Notes under the pieces: generated by a model
Told to the model about the DNA's origin: nothing
Databases searched by the model: none
What the model saw: the letters and a program-made list of their open reading frames with translations, nothing else
Assembly: GCA_944393685.1 (NCBI GenBank)
Contig: CALYAW010000002.1
Span: 79,586 to 143,585, forward strand
Direction: 5' to 3'
DNA from: an uncultured Alphaproteobacteria bacterium
GTDB lineage: Bacteria; Pseudomonadota; Alphaproteobacteria; RF32; CAG-239
Length of the DNA stretch: 64,000 bases
Made by a program: the position numbers and the translations under genes
Part shown: piece after piece, positions 36,872 through 45,372 of the stretch
Layout of the letters: every line of letters starts with the position of its first letter
How positions within the stretch are numbered: position 1 is the first letter of the stretch

Positions 36872-38289
36872 AATCCCAGTTCCTTGAAATGGTAATTTCC
36901 TTCTATTGTTTTTATGTCAAAATCATTCGGCATATCAATATGTTCAATAACCTCACACAAACGACTTTTGACGATACTGCCTTCATAGCTATTTAAATAG
37001 TGCTGATAATTTTGAGTAACGACTCGTTGACATTCTTTCTTATCTGATAGTAATTTTTCTACTCCCAATAAGAGTTCTTCTGCTTTCTCATACATATATG
37101 GAAAATTTTGCATCTGGTATTCATGAAAAGACCAATGAGAATTCTCGCGATTAATTTTGACAACATACGGAACTCTTAAACGCATTAAATCAATCATTGT
37201 CAAAGCTGATGATACTGGAAAACTGTCAATAAATACATCTGCACACTTAAAAATAAGCTCATATTCTTGTGAAAAGGGAATAAAAATTAAACGGTTCTTA
37301 CAATTCGAATCACAGAATATTTTATCTATAATCACTTGTTGCTTATTATTTATATTGGATATTATAATGTGTTTTACAGATGGATTTCTTTCCAATAATT
37401 TCTTGATTGTATAAAAATATTCTGAACCCGTACTATCAAAAAACTTATAAGCACTTGCTCCGGACATTGTGCATAAATCACCTTCTTCAATACCTAATTC
37501 TTTTCTTTTGGCGCTTATTTCTTCATTTGTAAATGATGGGAATTCTTCAACTCTTTTGCTTAACATCGGGATAAAAACCGTTTTATTAAAATGGCGCAAG
37601 TGTTGCGTTATATAGGCTGATGTCGGCAATGCTTCCAAAGATATATCTGCAAAACTTATGCCTAAATTAGGATAATGAGATGCATGCGGACAATAGATAA
37701 TCTTTATGTCCGTATACTTTTTTACTAAAGACAAAGTCATCGTTCCAAATATATCATCAGGATTAATAAAAACAAATAAGGCTATTGGATTAAATTTTGT
37801 TATTTGACTATATAAATTTCTCAATTTTTTTTGCCAACATAGAAATGAAAAATTTTCTCCTGATATAATCGCATTTTCTGACAAACTCAACATCTGCTCC
37901 TGAGCAATATTATAGCTGCGACTTATTTTTGTAAAAAATATCTGCTGTTTATAAGTATCGTTCAGAGCTGTTGTTTGTCTTTCAATGCATTTTGTATGGC
38001 CCCCACTGCTATATATCTCTGTTACTAAATAACCAACACGATTTTTATGAGGCTTAGTTTTGCTATAATCTATTATAGGGCATAAACTACTAATTTCAGC
38101 ATCCAATAAATGAGTGTCAAAATCTTTATTTTCCCTTATTTTTTCTATTATCGCTGATAATTTTGTTCTTTTGCTCCAAACAGGAATGTCAAAAATGCGA
38201 ATAAAAATCTTACCTTTTTTCTCTTGTAAACGAATAATCGATAATCCTAAAATCTTAAAACTGTTATTTACCCATCCAAAAAGTTTCAT
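36868..38289 (-). CDS. Putative glycosyltransferase (GT-B-like; possibly WecF/PseG-like)
   Basis: 473 aa; 'EIYSSGGHTKCIERQ' resembles the G-x-GH-x-x-R nucleotide-sugar motif of MurG/PseG/WecF-type enzymes, but only weakly. Confidence 0.3.
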   Translation of the reverse strand: MKLFGWVNNSFKILGLSIIRLQEKKGKIFIRIFDIPVWSKRTKLSAIIEKIRENKDFDTHLLDAEISSLCPIIDYSKTKPHKNRVGYLVTEIYSSGGHTKCIERQTTALNDTYKQQIFFTKISRSYNIAQEQMLSLSENAIISGENFSFLCWQKKLRNLYSQITKFNPIALFVFINPDDIFGTMTLSLVKKYTDIKIIYCPHASHYPNLGISFADISLEALPTSAYITQHLRHFNKTVFIPMLSKRVEEFPSFTNEEISAKRKELGIEEGDLCTMSGASAYKFFDSTGSEYFYTIKKLLERNPSVKHIIISNINNKQQVIIDKIFCDSNCKNRLIFIPFSQEYELIFKCADVFIDSFPVSSALTMIDLMRLRVPYVVKINRENSHWSFHEYQMQNFPYMYEKAEELLLGVEKLLSDKKECQRVVTQNYQHYLNSYEGSIVKSRLCEVIEHIDMPNDFDIKTIEGNYHFKELGL

Positions 38290-39416
38290 CGTTTACTCCA
38301 AAATTCTATCGTTTTATCGATGACTTTTGTTTGAGCATCTTCACTCAAATTATAATACATCGGTAACCGAACCAACGTATCGCTAACTTTATTTGTTACT
38401 GCCATATCCCCATTTGCACGTCCATATTTTTGTCCAGCAACTGATGAATGAAGCGGAATATAGTGAAAAACACACAAAATACCATTAGATTTCATAAAAT
38501 CTATATATTGCGTTCTAGATGCCAAATCAGGACAACGTAGATAATATATGTGAGCATTAGGCTCGCATTCTGAGGGAAAACTTGGTCGTATAATCCCCTT
38601 TTCTTCCAATTGTGCAAAAGATGAATGATAATTATTCCACAAATGCAACCTCTTTTTTTTAATATCATCCGCGATTTCTAGAACAGAATATAGGTAAGCG
38701 CCGATTATATCACTGGGAATATATGAAGAGCCTTTGTCTACCCATGTATACTTATCCACTTGTCCTCTTATAAATTTATTGCGATTTGTTCCTTTTTCAC
38801 GGATGATTTCTGCTCGTTCTGCCAGACACTCATCATTTGTAACAAATAAACCACCTTCTCCTGAAGTAATGTTTTTTGTCTCATGAAAACTGAAACACCC
38901 CATATCTCCTATTGTTCCCAGAGGTTTTCCTTTGTAATAGGCATCAAACGCATGAGCCGCATCTTCAATTACTAATAATTTATGACGTTGAGCTATATCC
39001 ATTATAGTATCCATCTCACAGCCCACTCCCGCATAATGCATCGGTACGATTGCTCTGGTTTTCGGAGTAATTGCCGCTTCAATTTTATTTTCGTCAATAT
39101 TTAGGGTGTCCGCTCTGATATCTACAAAAACGGGAGTAGCACCCTGCATTACAAAGGCATTGGCTGTGGTACAAAAGGTAAAAGATGGCATAATAACTTC
39201 ATCGCCTGATTTTATGTCCGCCAAAATTGCTGCCATTTCTAGAGCAGCCGTGCCCGAATGAACTAATGCCGCCGTTCTACAGTGCAGTTTTTCTTTGAAG
39301 CTCTCACTACATAGTTTAGAGTATTTCCCATTTCCCGATGTGTGGCCTGTTTTTAGAACATCTGATATATATTCTATGGTTTTATTTGTGTATACTGGGA
39401 CATTAAAATTTATCAT
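38286..39416 (-). CDS. WecE-like TDP-4-keto-6-deoxyhexose 4-aminotransferase (DegT family), first gene of the operon
   Basis: Long colinear similarity to E. coli WecE as I recall it: 'AALEMAAILADIKSGDEVIMPSFTFCTTANAFV', 'IVPMHYAGVGCEMDTIMDIAQRHKLLVIEDAAHA', 'GCFSFHETKNITSGEGG', 'AEIIREKGTNRNKFIRGQVDKYTWVDKGSSY'. Confidence 0.8.
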   Translation of the reverse strand: MINFNVPVYTNKTIEYISDVLKTGHTSGNGKYSKLCSESFKEKLHCRTAALVHSGTAALEMAAILADIKSGDEVIMPSFTFCTTANAFVMQGATPVFVDIRADTLNIDENKIEAAITPKTRAIVPMHYAGVGCEMDTIMDIAQRHKLLVIEDAAHAFDAYYKGKPLGTIGDMGCFSFHETKNITSGEGGLFVTNDECLAERAEIIREKGTNRNKFIRGQVDKYTWVDKGSSYIPSDIIGAYLYSVLEIADDIKKKRLHLWNNYHSSFAQLEEKGIIRPSFPSECEPNAHIYYLRCPDLASRTQYIDFMKSNGILCVFHYIPLHSSVAGQKYGRANGDMAVTNKVSDTLVRLPMYYNLSEDAQTKVIDKTIEFWSKR

Positions 39417-40130
39417 TTACTTTGCTTCAAACACACATATTCAAGTGAAATACATAATGACGCGCTTGAAGAATTAAGAAGAGTATATGTAAATAACTAC
39501 TCAGTCTTGTAGCTCTGAACACCTTCAAACTCCTCAATCCGTCAATTGAAGATAGATTTCTCAACTCTTTTACCAAAGAGCTTGAGACTATCGACGCTAT
39601 ATCATACGCCGTGCTGTAAAAAAAGAGCTTCTTACGACTCTGTGCATTATAATTATACAATGCATTGTCCCCTAAACTAGAGGCTAATCATATTTTTGTC
39701 AAGCCAATATAAAACCACACCATATCTTTGTGTAATATTTAAATATCTTGTTTTGGTTGTAATTTGTTGATTTAATGCGATGTGTGAATTGAAATTATTT
39801 TTTTACAAAGAAACACCCGATTGGAGGTGGTCGGAGAGTTAAGAAAAGCATTACAGCAGTATGCTCCTTTAAGTCTTTAAGATATATATCTCTGAACATA
39901 CACTTAAAGCTCCCCGACCCAAAGCTGGGGATATATTATCGGTGCAGAATAATTAAACCGTTCTGCTTCCAATTGTCGACGTCATTCCCTACGCCGCACT
40001 AAATAAAAAGCTTGTCAAGTCTCCGTACCTTGTAAGATACTAAACGAAACTGTGCCTCGTTTGTCGCTAAAATTAAAGCCTTGTTATGATTTTGTCAAGC
40101 AGATACAATTTATATCAAGACGACTTTTAT

Positions 40131-40162
40131 AAAAAAACCTCCGGTTCTCATCCGGAGGTTTT
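40131..40162 (-). terminator. Rho-independent terminator of the cold-shock gene
   Basis: A7-CCTCCGG-ttctcat-CCGGAGG-TTTT; it reads as a hairpin plus U-run on the minus strand, 20 nt past the csp stop. Confidence 0.75.
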
Positions 40163-40182
40163 GTAATTTGCAGCAGAGAAAA

Positions 40183-40386
40183 CTAAGCCAGCTTTAACTC
40201 ACCTGCAACAGTCTTACCTCTTTCAGACATTAATTCATAGCTTATCTTTGCTCCCTCTTCTAGAGTGCGCAGGCCTGCTTTTTGTACTGCAGAAATATGA
40301 ACAAACACATCTTGTTCTCCTTCATCCGGTGTTATAAAGCCATAACCTTTTTTCTTGTTAAACCATTTAACTGTTCCTGTTGCCAT
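40183..40386 (-). CDS. cspA: Cold-shock protein (CspA family)
   Basis: 'GTVKWFNKKKGYGFITPDEG..DVFVHISAV' with RNP1/RNP2 motifs; 67 aa; the ~170-nt upstream leader is typical of csp genes. Confidence 0.95.
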   Translation of the reverse strand: MATGTVKWFNKKKGYGFITPDEGEQDVFVHISAVQKAGLRTLEEGAKISYELMSERGKTVAGELKLA

Positions 40387-40668
40387 TGCTAATATCCTTA
40401 TAAATAACAGGTTAATAAAATGGGTCTTAGTCTGTCCTTTTGTTATAAAAGGGTGCTTTGCCCCATATAACTATTTTGTCGGTGGTAAGCTGTTGATATC
40501 ATTTGCTAAAAAACTACGTCATCATTAAACCACAGAGGCTTAGTTATGGTTTGAGTCTACTACTTTTTATTTTGTTTGCAAGTGATATTTGCTTTCTTCC
40601 CTCTTGTAATTAAAATGAGCCTGATTATCTCTTTTTCTGATAAAAACACCTTTGGAAAGGATTGTATA

Positions 40669-41214
40669 ATGAAAAAATTTTGCTTCTCTTTGGCTATTGC
40701 CATTCTTGCTCCTGCCATTATTCTTTCTGTTGTAACTTCCGCTTCTGCCCAACGTCGAAACACCACTTCTCATGACGTTATCTCTGCTCAAAAAACTGAC
40801 AACATTAATAAAAATTCCGCAGATAAACTTACAAATGGGCATATTTCTCAATATAACAACCTTGATTGTAACTGTAAAACAAAAGAGGACTGCCCAAAAC
40901 ACTGCAAAGCAAATATACATAATAAACATGATAAAAAGAAACATCATAAAAAAACAGATGAATATTATGAAGATTTAGATGATTATTACAATGATGCTAT
41001 AGAAAAAATAAATTCTTCACACTTATCGTCTGCACAAAAAAATTTATTAATTTCTCAAGCAGAACAAAATAAAGAACTGATGATCAAGCAATTTAATGAA
41101 AAGCAAGAACTTATAAAAAAACATATGCAACAATATGATGAGAGTGATTTTCCTATGAAAAATAAAGAAAATCGAAAAATTATCAAAAAAATCAGAAAAA
41201 TTCTCTCAGATTAA
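40669..41214 (+). CDS. Secreted Cys/His/Lys-rich hypothetical protein
   Basis: The ORF track starts at 40576; I prefer the Met at 40669 (MKKFCFSLAIAILAPAIILSVVTSASAQ, a signal peptide) with a GGAAAGGA RBS. The mature part has CNCKTKEDCPKHCK and HNKHDKKKHHKK clusters and a K/E/Q-rich tail. Confidence 0.55.
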   Translation: MKKFCFSLAIAILAPAIILSVVTSASAQRRNTTSHDVISAQKTDNINKNSADKLTNGHISQYNNLDCNCKTKEDCPKHCKANIHNKHDKKKHHKKTDEYYEDLDDYYNDAIEKINSSHLSSAQKNLLISQAEQNKELMIKQFNEKQELIKKHMQQYDESDFPMKNKENRKIIKKIRKILSD

Positions 41215-41360
41215 GTCTTCTTTGACGACGGCGGATAAAATTCTGTCGTCGTCAAAACAAAAAACTTCACAAATAAAATTAATTCTGCTAAATTGTCTCG
41301 GCAAGTCTGCAACAATGGGGTTGTGGACATTTCATTACGTTATGAAAAGGAATAAATATC

Positions 41361-42878
41361 ATGGCTCTTAAAACAAGCAGAAAAAACAACTATCCCGAAT
41401 GGTATCAAAGTGTTATTGCTGAAGCCGATATGGCTGAAAATTCATCGTCTCCCGGATGTATGGTCGTTAAACCTTGGGGATACGGTATATGGGAACGTAT
41501 TCGTGATGTCTTTGATGAAAAAATTAAATCAGCGGATCATGAAAACTGCTATTTTCCAATGTTTATTCCTCTATCTTTCTTTCAAAAAGAAGCTGAACAT
41601 GTTGATGGGTTTGCTAAAGAAATGGCGGTTGTCACTCATTCTCGCCTGTCTATGAAAGATGGAAAGCTGGTTCCTGATTCAAAACTTGAAGAACCTCTTG
41701 TTGTACGCCCTACTTCTGAGGCTATTATTGCAGACTCGTTTTCTAAATGGGTTAAGTCTTATCGTGATTTGCCTGTTCTGGTAAACCAATGGGCTAACGT
41801 CGTAAGGTGGGAAATGCGTCCTCGTCTGTTTTTGCGCACTCGTGAGTTCTTGTGGCAAGAAGGTCATACCGCTCACGCCAGCGCTAAAGAAGCCGAAGAG
41901 GAAACCAAATGGGCTCTCCTAGCATATCGTGAACTATGTGAAGATACTTTGGCTATGCCTGTTTTGATGGGGCGTAAGCCTGAGCACGAAAAATTTCCCG
42001 GAGCTGTCGATACATATTGTGTTGAAGCAATGATGCAGGATGGAAAAGCTCTGCAAGCAGGAACATCTCACTTTCTGGGACAAAATTTTGCTAAATCTGC
42101 CAATATTTCTTTTATTAATAAACAAAATCAGTCTGAATATGCTTATACTTCTTCTTGGGGGGTATCTACAAGACTTATCGGTGGAGTTATTATGACGCAT
42201 GCTGATGATGAAGGAATGGTGGTTCCGCCAAGAATTGCCCCTTATCAGGTGGTTATTGTGCCTGTCATCAAAAAGCCTGAAGATGAAGATGCTGTTATGT
42301 CTTACATCAAAAACATTCAAAATGACTTGCTTAATAAAATGCCTTTTGGTGAAAAAATTCGTATTAAACTTGATAAAAGAGATAAAAACTCGGTTGATAA
42401 ATTCTGGGAATGGACACGTAAAGGGGCTCCTATCATTCTTGAAATCGGTAAACGTGATGCTGATGGTAATAATGTCATGCTCAAGACAAGAATTAAACTT
42501 GGAAAACCTGATGGCAAAATTGTTTTAAGCCGTGAAGATTTGGAAAATAGTATTGTGGAACGCCTGCAAGACATTCAGAAAGAAATGTTTGAAACGGCTA
42601 AAAAACGTTTGATATCTAACATCCGTACCGACATCAAAACTCCGGAGGATTTTGAAGCATATTTTAAACAATCTAATGAGTGGATTGAGGATGGTAAAGA
42701 AGGAAAAGTTGCTTTTGTCCGTGGAAAATGGTGTGCCGACCCTCAAACGGAAGAAATTCTTAAAGCTATGAAAATTACCATTCGTTGCATTCCTTTTGAT
42801 CAACCTAATGACGAAGGAGTTTGCCTTTTAACCGGAAAACCGGCAACCCTTGACGTTATTTATGCTCGTTCATATTAA
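41361..42878 (+). CDS. proS: Prolyl-tRNA synthetase, archaeal/eukaryotic-type architecture
   Basis: The N-terminus 'NYPEWYQSVIAEADMAENSSSPGCMVVKPWGYGIWERI...ENCYFPMFIP...KEAEHVDGFAKEMAVVTH' follows the archaeal-type pattern (FSEWY...KGC...FPMLIP...KEAEH..GF) and not the bacterial INS-containing type. The C-terminal domain ends in Tyr (...IYARSY*). 505 aa. Confidence 0.85.
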   Translation: MALKTSRKNNYPEWYQSVIAEADMAENSSSPGCMVVKPWGYGIWERIRDVFDEKIKSADHENCYFPMFIPLSFFQKEAEHVDGFAKEMAVVTHSRLSMKDGKLVPDSKLEEPLVVRPTSEAIIADSFSKWVKSYRDLPVLVNQWANVVRWEMRPRLFLRTREFLWQEGHTAHASAKEAEEETKWALLAYRELCEDTLAMPVLMGRKPEHEKFPGAVDTYCVEAMMQDGKALQAGTSHFLGQNFAKSANISFINKQNQSEYAYTSSWGVSTRLIGGVIMTHADDEGMVVPPRIAPYQVVIVPVIKKPEDEDAVMSYIKNIQNDLLNKMPFGEKIRIKLDKRDKNSVDKFWEWTRKGAPIILEIGKRDADGNNVMLKTRIKLGKPDGKIVLSREDLENSIVERLQDIQKEMFETAKKRLISNIRTDIKTPEDFEAYFKQSNEWIEDGKEGKVAFVRGKWCADPQTEEILKAMKITIRCIPFDQPNDEGVCLLTGKPATLDVIYARSY

Positions 42879-42882
42879 AATA

Positions 42883-42920
42883 AAAGCCGCTCTTTTAAGA
42901 GCGGCTTTTATTATTTTTTA
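42883..42920. terminator. Bidirectional rho-independent terminator
   Basis: Perfect palindrome AAAGCCGCTCTT-TT-AAGAGCGGCTTT followed by a T-run; it sits between convergent proS and the DHH-family gene. Confidence 0.85.
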
Positions 42921-43774
42921 TTCAAAAATTCCGGAAGTTTTCTAAGTTTTGATGCGCCTGCCGCTCTGATGTGTCCGCCTCCCCCAAATGTGGCGGCTAT
43001 TTTTGAGACATCTATATTGTCTTTATTGGTGTAAAAAGACAGGTTCCAACTATTCTTTTTATTCATAAAGAAATTGCACATAAAATCATATTTTTCTAGC
43101 TCCGGAACAGAATCAAAAAATTCTGAATATCCTTGCGGCATGTTGGCACATATACATTTATATCCCATATATTCGCTTTCAAATGCCATGCTATGTGATA
43201 AACGAACATTTCTTACCTTTATCCACGATAAAATGGCTTTTCCTGTTTCAACCATTTCGTCTATATTTATGCGGCCAGAAAATAAATCATCCCAAGAACT
43301 GTCTGTCGGACGATTTACTCCCAAAGACTGAAATGCGTATTCAAACGGACGAACCCGCGGATCTCTTAAATCAAAAATATCATTAAGTGCAAGCAATTTT
43401 ATTCCTTCCGGAGTATCTTCCTGCGGATGAAAATATTGCCATGTCAACCATATGGCCGCCGTGCCGATTTTTCGTATACCTTTTATTTCTTTCGCTCCGT
43501 GGCTAAGCGCTTCATTATACGCATTAATAACTGAAGCATGGTGATCTATCCAGGTCAAATCTTTGGTTTCATTTAGTTCAAACATAAAATCTAATGGAAG
43601 AGCTATATCACATACAACGATTTTATCATGTTTTTTTATTTCTTCGTAGGGAATTTCCATGTCATGATTCAACCCCAAAAGCTCTGTTTCGGGAAATTGT
43701 CTTTTTACTATGGCTCCTGAACCTTTTCCGTCATGATCGGCAATGTGATATATACATAACATCTTGTTCTCCAC
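42911..43774 (-). CDS. DHH/DHHA1-family phosphoesterase (NrnA-like nanoRNase / pAp phosphatase)
   Basis: 'LCIYHIADHDGKGSGA' (DHH motif region) and a C-terminal DHHA1 'GGGGHIRAAG'. Confidence 0.65.
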   Translation of the reverse strand: MENKMLCIYHIADHDGKGSGAIVKRQFPETELLGLNHDMEIPYEEIKKHDKIVVCDIALPLDFMFELNETKDLTWIDHHASVINAYNEALSHGAKEIKGIRKIGTAAIWLTWQYFHPQEDTPEGIKLLALNDIFDLRDPRVRPFEYAFQSLGVNRPTDSSWDDLFSGRINIDEMVETGKAILSWIKVRNVRLSHSMAFESEYMGYKCICANMPQGYSEFFDSVPELEKYDFMCNFFMNKKNSWNLSFYTNKDNIDVSKIAATFGGGGHIRAAGASKLRKLPEFLNKK

Positions 43775-43776
43775 TT

Positions 43777-44562
43777 TTATAATTCTATTAACATATTATC
43801 ATAGGCTACTTCAACATTATTCGGTGTTGCTCGCATAATTTCATCATAATCGCATTCACTGGCCAAATGATTTATTACAGCTTTTTGCGGCGCTATTTGC
43901 GTAATTATATCCAAAATTTCTTCCAAACAAGCATGATATTTGTGAACATACGGCGTCGTTAGCGGAATAATCAATAATTTCGGTTTTATTTTTATTTGTT
44001 CTAAGCCGCTTTTATCAATACTGCGAAAATCAGCTATGTGCACGATTTCACCATCATTAAAAACATATCCTTCGGATGGAACATTGTGCCCTATTAGTCG
44101 TATTGGCGTAATTTTTATGTTTTTGATGTAAAAAGGAATATTATGGTTCACTATATGAGGTATCAAATGGGGCTGTGTCATAACATCACAATACTTATCT
44201 GCAGATGCTAGAAGATAGCCAAACCGTTGTGAAATAACAGACATTGTCTCTGAAACAGCATAAATGTCCAGACCACAACCGCTTATACGATTTATTTCTC
44301 GCAAATCATCTATTCCATGCAAATGATCGGCGTGTGAATGGGTATATAATACACCGTCTAAATCCCTAATATTATTTTTCTTTAGTCCCCACAACATGTC
44401 CGGAGATGTATCAACTAAAATTTTGGCAGTGCCAAAATCATAGTATGTTGACGTCCGATGACGATAATTTTTTATATTGTTGGGATTGCAATTTCCCCAG
44501 CCGTTACTTAATGACGGAACGCCTGGTGCTGCTCCCGCTCCCAGTATTGTTACTTTAGTCAT
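43777..44562 (-). CDS. MBL-fold metallo-hydrolase
   Basis: 'LYTHSHADHLHGIDDL' HxHxDH motif; 261 aa. Confidence 0.75.
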   Translation of the reverse strand: MTKVTILGAGAAPGVPSLSNGWGNCNPNNIKNYRHRTSTYYDFGTAKILVDTSPDMLWGLKKNNIRDLDGVLYTHSHADHLHGIDDLREINRISGCGLDIYAVSETMSVISQRFGYLLASADKYCDVMTQPHLIPHIVNHNIPFYIKNIKITPIRLIGHNVPSEGYVFNDGEIVHIADFRSIDKSGLEQIKIKPKLLIIPLTTPYVHKYHACLEEILDIITQIAPQKAVINHLASECDYDEIMRATPNNVEVAYDNMLIEL

Positions 44563-45362
44563 TTTTGTTGATACTCTCTACGGCCTTTGTCACTTGCTTT
44601 GCGAAATAAATTGCAAAAATTATCTGATGTTATTTGAGCTATTTCTTCAAAAGATACATCCCTTAATTGAGCCAGCTTTTCTGCCGTATAGCGAACATAA
44701 GACGGTTCGTTGCGATGTCCTCGTTGCGGAATTGGAGCTAAAAACGGTGAATCTGTTTCTACTAAAAGACGATCCATCGGTATCGTTTCAAATATGGCTC
44801 TAATATCCGCGCTTTTATTGAATGTTATAATCCCTGATGCGGAAATATAAAATCCTATTGATAAAGCAAAATCAGCTAATTTTTGTGTCGAGCTGAAACA
44901 GTGAATTACTCCAGAAAATGCTTTTTGACGATATGATTCATCCAAAATATTTATCATATCATCATCCGACTCTCTATTATGAATAATTAATGGAAGGCCT
45001 GTCTCTTGGGCTGCTTTTATATGCTCTTTTAGCAACTGTATCTGTAAATCTCGAGGAGCATAGTCATAGTAATAATCTAATCCGCTTTCCCCTATTCCAA
45101 CTACTTTCGGATGAGAGGTTTCGGCTATTAATTCTTCTGCTTTGAGATCAGGATATTCTTGTGCATTGTGCGGATGAACACCTACCGCTGTATAGATAAA
45201 AGGATACCTTTCAGACAACACCAATTGGTTTTTCAACTCTTTTAAATTATTTCCCGCATTTAATATTAGGCTGACACCGCTCTCTCGGGCTCGTGCGATG
45301 ACTTCATCCATATCGTCTTCAAAATCGTTAAAATCCAAGTGACAATGGCTGTCTACTAACAT
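44559..45362 (-). CDS. tatD: TatD-family metal-dependent DNase/hydrolase
   Basis: 'MLVDSHCHLDF', 'VGIGESGLDYYY', 'PLIIHNRESDDD', 'GVIHCFSS', 'ETDSPFLAP'. Confidence 0.9.
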   Translation of the reverse strand: MLVDSHCHLDFNDFEDDMDEVIARARESGVSLILNAGNNLKELKNQLVLSERYPFIYTAVGVHPHNAQEYPDLKAEELIAETSHPKVVGIGESGLDYYYDYAPRDLQIQLLKEHIKAAQETGLPLIIHNRESDDDMINILDESYRQKAFSGVIHCFSSTQKLADFALSIGFYISASGIITFNKSADIRAIFETIPMDRLLVETDSPFLAPIPQRGHRNEPSYVRYTAEKLAQLRDVSFEEIAQITSDNFCNLFRKASDKGRREYQQK

Positions 45363-45372
45363 ATTATTCCTC

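Noticed and set aside
39427-39660. 77-aa minus-strand ORF in the long intergenic region upstream of the big operon
   Set aside because: No RBS, atypical composition, and it would sit inside the operon's promoter/leader. More likely non-coding or a decayed remnant.
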